DNA from: a virus
IMG/VR virus record: IMGVR_UViG_3300010224_000016
Direction: 5' to 3' (one strand)
Length of the DNA: 50,543 bases
Each line of letters begins with the position of its first letter. Within the stretch, counting starts at the first letter, position 1. The notes beneath the pieces were generated by a model. The model was not told the DNA's origin and ran no database searches. It saw only the letters and a list, made by a program, of their open reading frames with translations. Below are positions 43,991 through 50,543 of the stretch, piece by piece. Both the position numbers and the translations under genes were made by a program.

Positions 43991-44457
43991 CGCCCCAAGC
44001 ATTCCTCGACGCGCTGCTGCCGGGCGCGTTGGAGATGCAGCACAAATACGGCATCCCAGCATCGTTCACGCTCGCGCAAGCCGCGAGTGAATCGCGGTGG
44101 GGGGATTCGGACCTCGCGAAACGGGCGTTCAACCTGTTCGGCATCAAGGCTGACAAATCGTGGCACGGCCCGGTGTTCAACTTGCATACCGGCGAAGTCC
44201 TGAACGGGAAAGAGGTTGTCGTCCCGGCGTCGTGGCGCAAATACGGGTCGTGGGCGGAATGCCTGGAAGACCGCGTCAAGTTCTTCAAGGACAACCGCCG
44301 TTACGCCTCGTGCTGGCAGCAGACGACCGGCAACGGTTGGGCGCTCGCCGTCGCGGCGGCCGGCTACGCGACGGACCCGAACTACGCTAAAAAGCTGATC
44401 GCCGTCATGGACGGTCGCAACCTCCAACGCTTCGACACGAAAGGAATCGCGAAATGA
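43987..44457 (+). CDS. Endolysin, GH73 N-acetylglucosaminidase (FlgJ-like)
   Basis: AQAASESRWGDSDLAKRAFNLFGIKA and GYATDPNYAKKLI are glucosaminidase signatures. Confidence 0.85.
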   Translation: MTPQAFLDALLPGALEMQHKYGIPASFTLAQAASESRWGDSDLAKRAFNLFGIKADKSWHGPVFNLHTGEVLNGKEVVVPASWRKYGSWAECLEDRVKFFKDNRRYASCWQQTTGNGWALAVAAAGYATDPNYAKKLIAVMDGRNLQRFDTKGIAK

Positions 44458-44951
44458 AATACGTCATGATCAAACTCTTTATCGGCCTCGTGCTGTTCGG
44501 CACGCTGGTCGCCCTGACCTTCAACAACGTGCCGAATTCCGGCCGCCTGCTGGACTTCTGTTACGGCGCCCTGATGGGCCTGGGCGTCATGCACCTAGGT
44601 AGTGGCCCGCAAAAGAGCGTCGCGACAAAAGACGGCGGGTTCGCGTCACCGTTCGCGCTGATGCTCGCAGCGGGGTTGGCACTATCCGTGTCAGCGTGTT
44701 CGACGGTATCGACGCAAAGCGCACATGTAGCGTACACGCGGTCATGCGCGGCGTATGGCGGCGCGTTCGACGTGATGATCGCCTTGCGCAAGGGCGGCAA
44801 GTTGAATCCAGCGCAGATCGACCAAGTGACGATCATCGACAGCCAGATCACGCCCATTTGCACCGGACCATTGCCGCAAGACCTGGACGCCGCGACAGCG
44901 CAAGTTACGGCCGCCGTGACCTCATTAACCATCCTGGAGGCAGTCAAATGA
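44454..44951 (+). CDS. Lysis-cassette membrane protein with three hydrophobic segments and an internal lipobox
   Basis: ATGA overlap. The hydrophobic segments are MIKLFIGLVLFGTLVALTF, FCYGALMGLGVMHLG and FALMLAAGLALSVSAC. The lipobox is VSAC. Confidence 0.6.
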   Translation: MKYVMIKLFIGLVLFGTLVALTFNNVPNSGRLLDFCYGALMGLGVMHLGSGPQKSVATKDGGFASPFALMLAAGLALSVSACSTVSTQSAHVAYTRSCAAYGGAFDVMIALRKGGKLNPAQIDQVTIIDSQITPICTGPLPQDLDAATAQVTAAVTSLTILEAVK

Positions 44952-45172
44952 ACGTCATCCTTACCACGGCCGCGCAGACCGCCGCAGCGCTCGCAGCAAC
45001 CGACCCGAAAGCGGCGGCGGCCGTCGCGCTAGCCCCGGTCATCGTCCAACTGCTGCAGACCGTCGAACAGATGCAGGCTGCGGGATCGCTGACGCCCGAG
45101 AAGTTGCAAGCGCTTTACGACACCGTGTCGGCCAACGTTCAGCGCGCGCACGATGAATGGGCGGCGATGTGA
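44948..45172 (+). CDS. Hypothetical helical protein (74 aa)
   Basis: ATGA overlap. ORF 44696..45172 trimmed to ATG 44948. Confidence 0.5.
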   Translation: MNVILTTAAQTAAALAATDPKAAAAVALAPVIVQLLQTVEQMQAAGSLTPEKLQALYDTVSANVQRAHDEWAAM

Positions 45173-45543
45173 CCGCGCGATTTCTCGACGACCTGGAGCT
45201 TTGCGAGGCGGACGAGAACGTCGACGACAGCGCATGGCGACTGCGCAAACCGCTGTCGTACTCGTCCATCGTCGCAAATCGGGTGATAACGGTCCCGGCT
45301 GGGTTCAGGACTGATCTCGCCAGCGTGCCGCGCCTGCCGGTCGTCTATTGGCTTTGCGGCGGCCGTGCAAACAAACCCGCCGTCGTGCATGACTTCCTGT
45401 ACTCCGAAGGCATCATCGCGCGGGATATCGCCGACGCGGTGTTCCTGGAAGCTATGGGGGTCGTTGGCGTGCCGATCGTCTATCGCCGTCTGATGTGGGC
45501 CGGCGTGCGCCTGGGCGGCGCGTCGCACTACGTCAAGCGGTAA
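45169..45543 (+). CDS. DUF1353 domain protein
   Basis: PAGFRTDLASVPR..VVHDFLY..ADAVFLEAM matches the DUF1353 pattern. I prefer the GTG start at 45169 (GTGA overlap). ATG 45157 is an alternative. Confidence 0.7.
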   Translation: MTARFLDDLELCEADENVDDSAWRLRKPLSYSSIVANRVITVPAGFRTDLASVPRLPVVYWLCGGRANKPAVVHDFLYSEGIIARDIADAVFLEAMGVVGVPIVYRRLMWAGVRLGGASHYVKR

Positions 45544-45727
45544 CACCTTCCGCAGCGGCGCGAGTAGCGTCCTTCAGGTTCACGCCGCTGCGCGTCTCTT
45601 CCAGACCTAGCAACTCGACCGTCTTCCGCATTGCCTCTGCGCGCTCGACGAGCGTTGCAGGTCGCCCCATCGGCAAACCCGACTCGTACACGACAAGAAC
45701 CCGCATCGCAACATCTTGGCTATCCAT
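45533..45727 (-). CDS. Hypothetical protein (64 aa)
   Basis: ORF downstream of promoter copy 3. Its 3' end overlaps the convergent DUF1353 gene by 11 nt. Confidence 0.5.
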   Translation of the reverse strand: MDSQDVAMRVLVVYESGLPMGRPATLVERAEAMRKTVELLGLEETRSGVNLKDATRAAAEGVTA

Positions 45728-45757
45728 TTAGCATCCCCGACCGTTAATTGATAAGAG

Positions 45758-45787
45758 ATGCTATGCGGTACTAACTGGATTGTCAAC
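45758..45787 (-). promoter_or_regulatory. Promoter-like element, copy 3 of the GTTGACA-N4-AGTTAGTA family
   Basis: The minus strand reads G-TTGACA-ATCC-AGTTAGTA-CCGCA-TAGCAT with a 17-nt spacer. The polB TGA stop lies inside the -35 hexamer. Confidence 0.5.
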
Positions 45788-47822
45788 AACTTATTCCAAG
45801 ATCAGCAAGTATTGACCGCGCCTCGTCGACGTACCATTTGTAATTGATGTCAGGCGGCAGCACGTCAGGCAAGTCCATACACGGTTTGCATCCTTCCGAT
45901 TTCGACACGAGGTTACCATTGCCTTCGTATGCGATGTGCCCGGTCTGCCCGACCGCGTAATACCAGCGTACAGCCTTGCCGAGATATTCGCGCGGGATGC
46001 GCCATCTCTCGATCGTTACGGCTTCATCCGTGGTCCGTTCGATCTCGTTGTCGTTCGTGTGGCACCAAATTTTCGCCTTTGTTGCCTCACCTTTAGGTTT
46101 CCACCCGCGCGCGACCAATGCTTCGCGCTTCTGCCCGACCGTGTCCGCGACGATCGTATCCTTGACCCATTCCCCGCCGCCCTGGACCGCGCGCACGGTG
46201 ACGAACTTCCGGATGTCGTCGCACCGTCGAATGGTCTGTTCAAGCGGCGTACCGTTGATGATGTATTCCTTGACCGCGTCGACGCAAATCTGATTGGTCG
46301 GGTTCTTCGATAGACGGCTGATAGGGTCGTCCGCGTACCATCCTTTTGCCTTGACCGATATCGGATGATGAACGCCCTTCTTGTCGGTGTATGCGGGCTT
46401 GAACGCGAGGTAGTTGTTGACGTTCGCCGAGAACAGGCCGATGTATTCGTTTGCCTCCGTTTCGAACCCCGTGATCGATTCCCATTGCTTGACAATGCTG
46501 TCGCGCAGGGCGACCTGCTCGTCGCGACATTTGATCACGACACCGTCCGTGTTGGCGGACACGACGGGGATTCCCTGCAAATGCAGCATCTCGATCAGCA
46601 TCAGCAACGAGAACTGACCCGTGAGCGTCGTGCGCAACATGAGGTCGGGAGCGAACAGGACGCTATGTCGACTGCCCGTCTTACCGTACGTACCGTTGAT
46701 CTTAATCTTGAACGTTGCCGCTTTCTTCTTGTTGCCGGCCGTCTTGTAGGAGATTCGGACTTCGATCCAGCCGTCGAAAATCTTCAGGAACACCGGGCCA
46801 AGCTGGCGCGGGAACATTCTCAATATTGAGATGATTCTCGGGTAGTAGGACACGACGTCCACGTCGACCAGCTTCCAGCCGTTGCCCGCGCGGTGCGCTG
46901 CGCTTTTCTCCGTCGAGTGCAAGCCCCCGATGCCGAGCGTGTACGCCCCGTCACCGATGCGGATTTTGAAGTCCTTGAACGATTCCGGCATCTGAGGCTT
47001 GCCACCCTTGTCCAGGATGTACGGCGTGTCGATCGCCATTTGGTATGCTGCCTGCAACTCGGGCGTCCGGAAGGACAGGAACGGGGCCGGCGTGTAGCGG
47101 ATAGCGAACCCTGGCGGCAGTTGAGCTTTATCGATGATTTCACGCGCCGCGCGTCCGTCCAGGCCGAGCAACTTGCGGAAGGCCGCCTCGGCGATCTGCG
47201 CGTCAGATTTGGACCTGACGTCGATTCCGTATTGTTCGCCGAGTTCGACACGGGTTGCGAGGTCTTCCGTGACCGCAAAGTAAAGGTCAGCCGTCGTGAT
47301 CAAATCGTTGCCGCAGTATCTTTCAACATCGACCATCTCAGCACGGGTCAGGATGCGGTCGGGCTTGTACGGCAAGTCCTGCATCTTCTTGCAATGCAGA
47401 CGGCCGCCGTAAATCTTCAGGCTGGCTTGCCCCGGTGCGACGTTGATAAGGTCGATGTGATCGAGATCCAGCAGTTCGAAGCCCCAGTCGCGCGCCACCA
47501 TCCACGGTTGCGGGGACGGCTTCGTTGTGATGATGTAGTCGCTCAGGTTCTTGAGCATGTCGTTCGTGAAGCGCCCCGTTACGGCGGCCGATATCATGAC
47601 CATGTCGTAGTTGATACCGTTGAACGTCACGTTCGTACACGATCGCAGGAACAGCAAAAGAGCGATGATGTTGAGGGGCTTCCCTTCGTACATTTCGAAG
47701 GACGTAAACGCGCCGGTCGAGTGGTCGCGGAACTTGACGAGGAAGTAATTGCGGTACGTCTCGACGTCGACCTCGCGCACGATCTTTGCGGCGGTGGGCG
47801 GTGGGGGTGGAACCATGTACAT
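45783..47822 (-). CDS. Family B DNA polymerase with a 3'-5' exonuclease domain
   Basis: Exo I is DVETY, Exo II is NGINYDMVMI and Exo III is YCGNDLITT. Pol motif A is DVDVVSYYPRI, motif B is KIKINGTYGKTG and motif C is VSANTDGVV. AAAGGA SD. Confidence 0.85.
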   Translation of the reverse strand: MYMVPPPPPTAAKIVREVDVETYRNYFLVKFRDHSTGAFTSFEMYEGKPLNIIALLLFLRSCTNVTFNGINYDMVMISAAVTGRFTNDMLKNLSDYIITTKPSPQPWMVARDWGFELLDLDHIDLINVAPGQASLKIYGGRLHCKKMQDLPYKPDRILTRAEMVDVERYCGNDLITTADLYFAVTEDLATRVELGEQYGIDVRSKSDAQIAEAAFRKLLGLDGRAAREIIDKAQLPPGFAIRYTPAPFLSFRTPELQAAYQMAIDTPYILDKGGKPQMPESFKDFKIRIGDGAYTLGIGGLHSTEKSAAHRAGNGWKLVDVDVVSYYPRIISILRMFPRQLGPVFLKIFDGWIEVRISYKTAGNKKKAATFKIKINGTYGKTGSRHSVLFAPDLMLRTTLTGQFSLLMLIEMLHLQGIPVVSANTDGVVIKCRDEQVALRDSIVKQWESITGFETEANEYIGLFSANVNNYLAFKPAYTDKKGVHHPISVKAKGWYADDPISRLSKNPTNQICVDAVKEYIINGTPLEQTIRRCDDIRKFVTVRAVQGGGEWVKDTIVADTVGQKREALVARGWKPKGEATKAKIWCHTNDNEIERTTDEAVTIERWRIPREYLGKAVRWYYAVGQTGHIAYEGNGNLVSKSEGCKPCMDLPDVLPPDINYKWYVDEARSILADLGISC

Positions 47823-47855
47823 AGTTGATCCTTTATCGCAAGGTTAGCGGATATG

Positions 47856-47876
47856 AAAAACCCCGCCGAAGCGGGG
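47856..47876 (-). terminator. Rho-independent terminator immediately upstream of polB
   Basis: The minus strand reads CCCCGC-UUCG-GCGGGG followed by TTTTT. It lies 9 nt after the stop of the gene at 47885..48049 and 34 nt before the polB ATG. Confidence 0.7.
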
Positions 47877-47884
47877 CTGTTATT

Positions 47885-48049
47885 TTACTGTCCGAGTGCC
47901 GCAATCGCCTCGTGCAACCTGTCGTCGATGGTTTCGTGACGATGCCAGTCCGGGGAGCCCGGCGCGGCCTTACGTTGCAACTCGGCGTTCTCGCGAACAG
48001 CCCATTCGATTTTACGCACTACCTGTTCAATACTCGACATGATGTCCAT
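47885..48049 (-). CDS. Hypothetical small protein (54 aa)
   Basis: Not in the ORF track. TAATG overlap with the SSB stop. MDIMSSIEQVVRKIEWAVRENAELQRKAAPGSPDWHRHETIDDRLHEAIAALGQ. Confidence 0.5.
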   Translation of the reverse strand: MDIMSSIEQVVRKIEWAVRENAELQRKAAPGSPDWHRHETIDDRLHEAIAALGQ

Positions 48050-49146
48050 TACGCCGGGACCATGTGACCGTTTTGGATGAGCGTCGCGTCGGTCCAGCCC
48101 TGCGCGATGTACGCTGCGTAGGTCGGGCCTGCCGGATTAGTCATCTTGAAACCGGGCGCGGCAGCAGCAATCGGGGCATGGGCTGCAGGCGCTGGCGCAG
48201 AACCAGCGTGGGCCAAAGGGGCGAGAATGCCCGGATGCGGCGCGACTGCCTGGGGGGCCGGTGCGGGGGCCGGTGCGGGGGCCGGTGCGGGGGCCGGTGC
48301 GGGGGCCGGTGCGGGGGCCGGTGCGGGGGCCGGTGCGGGGGCCGGTGCGGGGGCCGGTGCGGCAGGCTGCGTGATCGTCATCATGCCGGCCTGGACGAGC
48401 GCGTCGTCGGTCCAGTTGGTCGCATGGTACTGCTCGCGGGTGAAGCCCTGGGCGGCGGCCGTCATGGTGTAGATCGGACCTGCTGCCGGTGCGGGGGCTG
48501 GCGCAGCGCCCGGATGCGGTGCGGGGGCCGCTGCTGCAGGCGCACCGCCGCCGAACACGGTTGCTGCGTCCGGGCCGCTGATGATCAGATCACCCATCGC
48601 GTTCCATTCGACCATGCCGAGATTCGAATACAAGCCGGGCTTGTTCGACGGGATGTTGTCGGTGATCGTGCCCGACACGCGGACGAAGTGACCGCGCGGG
48701 AACACTTTCGGGTCGGCGATTTGGTCGGCAGGGCCATACTTGCCACGCACGTAGCAACGCGGCGCATAGCTGGAAGCGAAGCGGAACACCCAATGTCCGG
48801 CGAAGCCTTCCTTGACGTTGTTCGGCTGGCCGTTGTTGTCGAAGCCGTCGCCATCGACGATCTTCCACGAGAAGTTCGGGTTCGTGCAGGGGCCGCCGTT
48901 CGGGAAGAACTGCGGGAACGCAGCGCGGGCGACGCGCTCGTATTGCGCTTTGAACGCTTCGACGGCCGGGTCGCCCTTCTTGCCCGCGCAGGCAATGAAA
49001 AACTTCTGCGTCGTCTGACCGGCATTTGGGCCGGTCTTGATCGTCAGGGGTTGACCCGTGGTCAGGTCTTTCGTTTGCGGTTCCAGCGGCGAGCCCTGGA
49101 CGAGACGCAGAACTGGGGAGAGGAATTCTTCGGATACGGTTGCCAT
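48049..49146 (-). CDS. DUF2815-type ssDNA-binding protein with an atypical C-terminus (two mini-domains plus a (PA)18 linker)
   Basis: The N-terminal ~190 aa (LSPVLRLVQGSPLEPQ..FFIACAGKKGD..GHWVFRFASSY..GHFVRVSGTI) fits the DUF2815 OB-fold SSB that accompanies DUF2800 nucleases. The C-terminal architecture was read directly from the sequence. Confidence 0.8.
   Translation of the reverse strand: MATVSEEFLSPVLRLVQGSPLEPQTKDLTTGQPLTIKTGPNAGQTTQKFFIACAGKKGDPAVEAFKAQYERVARAAFPQFFPNGGPCTNPNFSWKIVDGDGFDNNGQPNNVKEGFAGHWVFRFASSYAPRCYVRGKYGPADQIADPKVFPRGHFVRVSGTITDNIPSNKPGLYSNLGMVEWNAMGDLIISGPDAATVFGGGAPAAAAPAPHPGAAPAPAPAAGPIYTMTAAAQGFTREQYHATNWTDDALVQAGMMTITQPAAPAPAPAPAPAPAPAPAPAPAPAPAPAPAPAPAPAPQAVAPHPGILAPLAHAGSAPAPAAHAPIAAAAPGFKMTNPAGPTYAAYIAQGWTDATLIQNGHMVPA
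48253..48360. repeat. Perfect 12-nt tandem repeat (GGGGGCCGGTGC) x9 encoding (Pro-Ala)18 on the minus strand
   Basis: Nine identical units were read directly. They lie inside the SSB gene. Confidence 0.95.
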
Positions 49147-49148
49147 TT

Positions 49149-50282
49149 TTAGTCCTTGTTGAAAATTTGTGCGGCGGCGGTGCCGTCGTCTTCTACTAAT
49201 TCAGCCGCGCCGCCTGGGGCGTGACTGTACGCTTTTACTACATCTTCCGGAATGCCTGCCTTGATCGCCTGCAACGGTGTCATGGACAGTTGAGGGGTCG
49301 AGATGGTCACGTTGTACGCGCTGGCGATGTCCTGCATATCTTTTACCGCATCATCCTTCCAGACGGTACGGCCCTTCTTGTGCCCGATGCTGAAGTACGG
49401 CACGATCCCGCCACGCTGAAGGGTCGACATCAAGTTTTGTTCGATACCGTCCCTGCGCAACTTGATCATCTTTTCGGCGTCTCGCAGCCTGCGAAGTTCA
49501 GCGCGCAATGCGGCCGGCGACATCACGAGTGGGGCAGAACTGTACGCAAGGTCGATTGCGTGACCTTCCGCCATGATTGCCGCCTCACACTCGTGACGAC
49601 CCTTACAGTCCCTGCACGCATCCGGATCACGCGCCGTCACGGGGGCGTCGGGATCATCACCCATTCGATACGCGAGCGACAGTTCCGATATCGGGTGACG
49701 CAACTCACCGAGCGTCGTCGTCCATGACCGTGTCGGGCCGCGCCGATGGTAATTGCGCGGTTGGTGAATAGTCATCGTCACCTTCAACGAATCGTCGTGG
49801 TAACACCCCAACGCATGCGCAACGATAGCGACGTAGTTGATCACCTGATAGTTGCCAATTTCGCTCACGAAACCCCGCCCGTATTTCTCGTCGTCGACGA
49901 ACAGATGGTGCGTCCGATGATCGTACATCGTGTAATCCGGCGTACCGTAGTTCTCCGGATGCAATGGACCTTCGGTGAACGTGCCTTCGATCCAGTAGTT
50001 CGCACCGTCCATCCACGCGGCGTGATCCCGTCGAATGATATGGTCCGCGTACGCGTCTGCCGCTTCGATCATCTCAACATTGAGAACAACGCCGTTCGGT
50101 GCAACGTCGCCAACCTGGGGATGAATCCCGTGCAACTTTTCCGACCCAACCCAATGCACCGCTTCGCCCTGTTGCGCATCGATGCTGTCTTCGTCCGGGT
50201 AACGCGCTTCAACGTTCACCGACCCCCAACACGCAACGCGGCGGGCGGCAGACGACGGCGCATATTTTGCGTGCGTGGGCAT
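49149..50282 (-). CDS. DUF2800-type PD-(D/E)XK nuclease (Cas4-like)
   Basis: ORF 49149..50435 trimmed to ATG 50282. The N-terminus is MPTHAKYAPSSAARRVACWGS. The nuclease core is GTPDY..LFVDDEKYG. Cys residues at ACWGS plus CRDCKGRHEC resemble a Cas4-like 4-Cys cluster. Confidence 0.85.
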   Translation of the reverse strand: MPTHAKYAPSSAARRVACWGSVNVEARYPDEDSIDAQQGEAVHWVGSEKLHGIHPQVGDVAPNGVVLNVEMIEAADAYADHIIRRDHAAWMDGANYWIEGTFTEGPLHPENYGTPDYTMYDHRTHHLFVDDEKYGRGFVSEIGNYQVINYVAIVAHALGCYHDDSLKVTMTIHQPRNYHRRGPTRSWTTTLGELRHPISELSLAYRMGDDPDAPVTARDPDACRDCKGRHECEAAIMAEGHAIDLAYSSAPLVMSPAALRAELRRLRDAEKMIKLRRDGIEQNLMSTLQRGGIVPYFSIGHKKGRTVWKDDAVKDMQDIASAYNVTISTPQLSMTPLQAIKAGIPEDVVKAYSHAPGGAAELVEDDGTAAAQIFNKD

Positions 50283-50284
50283 GG

Positions 50285-50543
50285 TTAGGCCGCTGCGGTC
50301 ATCTTTTCGTAGACGAGCGGGATCAGGCTCGCGTTCGCCGGCTGCGCGAGTTGTCCGGCCGCTTCGATACCGAATTCCTTCGCAAAGACCAGCATGTCGG
50401 CCATCGTCTTGCCTTGGGAGGTGACCCACTTGCACAGGTCGGCGAACGTGGCCGGTGCTGCCGGTGCTGCCGGTGCTGCCGGTGCTGCCGGTGCTGCCGG
50501 TGCTGCCGGTGCTGCCGGTGCTGCCGGTGCTGCCGGTGCTGCC
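50285..50543 (-). CDS. C-terminal part of the junction-spanning gene (continues from 842..1)
   Basis: The reverse complement reads (AAP)n-ATFADLCKWVTSQGKTMADMLVFAKEFGIEAAGQLAQPANASLIPLVYEKMTAAA-TAA, with the stop at 50285..50287. It is in frame with the repeat whatever the copy number. Confidence 0.75.
   Translation of the reverse strand, partial: AAPAAPAAPAAPAAPAAPAAPAAPAAPAAPATFADLCKWVTSQGKTMADMLVFAKEFGIEAAGQLAQPANASLIPLVYEKMTAAA
50451..50543. repeat. Tandem 9-nt repeat (GCCGGTGCT) x10 plus GCC, identical to 1..93
   Basis: Read directly from the sequence. Confidence 0.95.

Noticed and set aside
48253-48360. The tandem repeat arrays (also 1..93 and 28583..29185) as a possible CRISPR array.
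   Set aside because: The repeats are contiguous, with no unique spacers. The units are 9 to 12 nt, or about 66 nt of diverged coding sequence. All are in frame inside protein-coding genes.
1-50543. Lysogeny functions (integrase, attP, CI-like repressor), tRNA genes, transposases or IS elements.
   Set aside because: No ORF shows tyrosine or serine recombinase, transposase or CI/LexA-like motifs, and I saw no cloverleaf-like tRNA sequence. The only HTH proteins are very small. This absence is by-eye only and should be confirmed with tRNAscan-SE and HMM searches.

Overview
This window looks like a complete, circularly closed genome of a high-GC dsDNA phage with a contractile tail, with a unique length of about 50.45 kb. 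The first and last 93 nt are identical. Both lie inside an in-frame 9-nt tandem repeat of one minus-strand gene, so the window edges are an assembly break rather than physical ends.

The genome has four transcription blocks:
- (i) 920..11899, plus strand: early and DNA-metabolism genes. These are an SF2 helicase, a VRR-NUC nuclease, a DUF4406-like protein, a ParB-like protein, a C5-cytosine methyltransferase, endonuclease VII, a TetR-like HTH protein, a prim-pol/SF3 primase-helicase and a beta-class DNA methyltransferase.
- (ii) 16299..11926, minus strand: about 16 small, mostly orphan genes.
- (iii) 16496..45543, plus strand: terminase, portal, head, neck, sheath, tube, tape measure, baseplate, tailspike, fibre and lysis genes.
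- (iv) 842 through the junction down to 45533, minus strand: a replication cassette with a junction-spanning protein, a DUF2800-type Cas4-like nuclease, a DUF2815-type SSB and a family-B DNA polymerase.

I found no integrase, repressor/immunity pair, tRNA or CRISPR array, so a lytic lifestyle is likely. Start/stop overlaps of the ATGA, GTGA and TAATG types are pervasive.

Most interesting observations:
- A 227-codon ORF with its own canonical SD is nested out of frame inside the C5 methyltransferase gene, and both frames carry methyltransferase-type signatures.
- A ~35-aa mini-domain is shared between the SSB C-terminus (2 copies) and the junction-spanning protein (1 copy), tethered by perfect Pro/Ala-coding tandem repeats.
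- There are two families of repeated promoter-like elements: four copies of GTTGACA-N4-WGTTAGTA, and two copies of a near-perfect sigma70 promoter with a palindromic spacer.
- A low-GC tailspike sits next to a decayed tail-fibre N-terminus.
- One protein fuses a LamG-like domain, repeats and a tail-terminator-like domain.

All functional calls come from motif recognition by eye. No database search was run.
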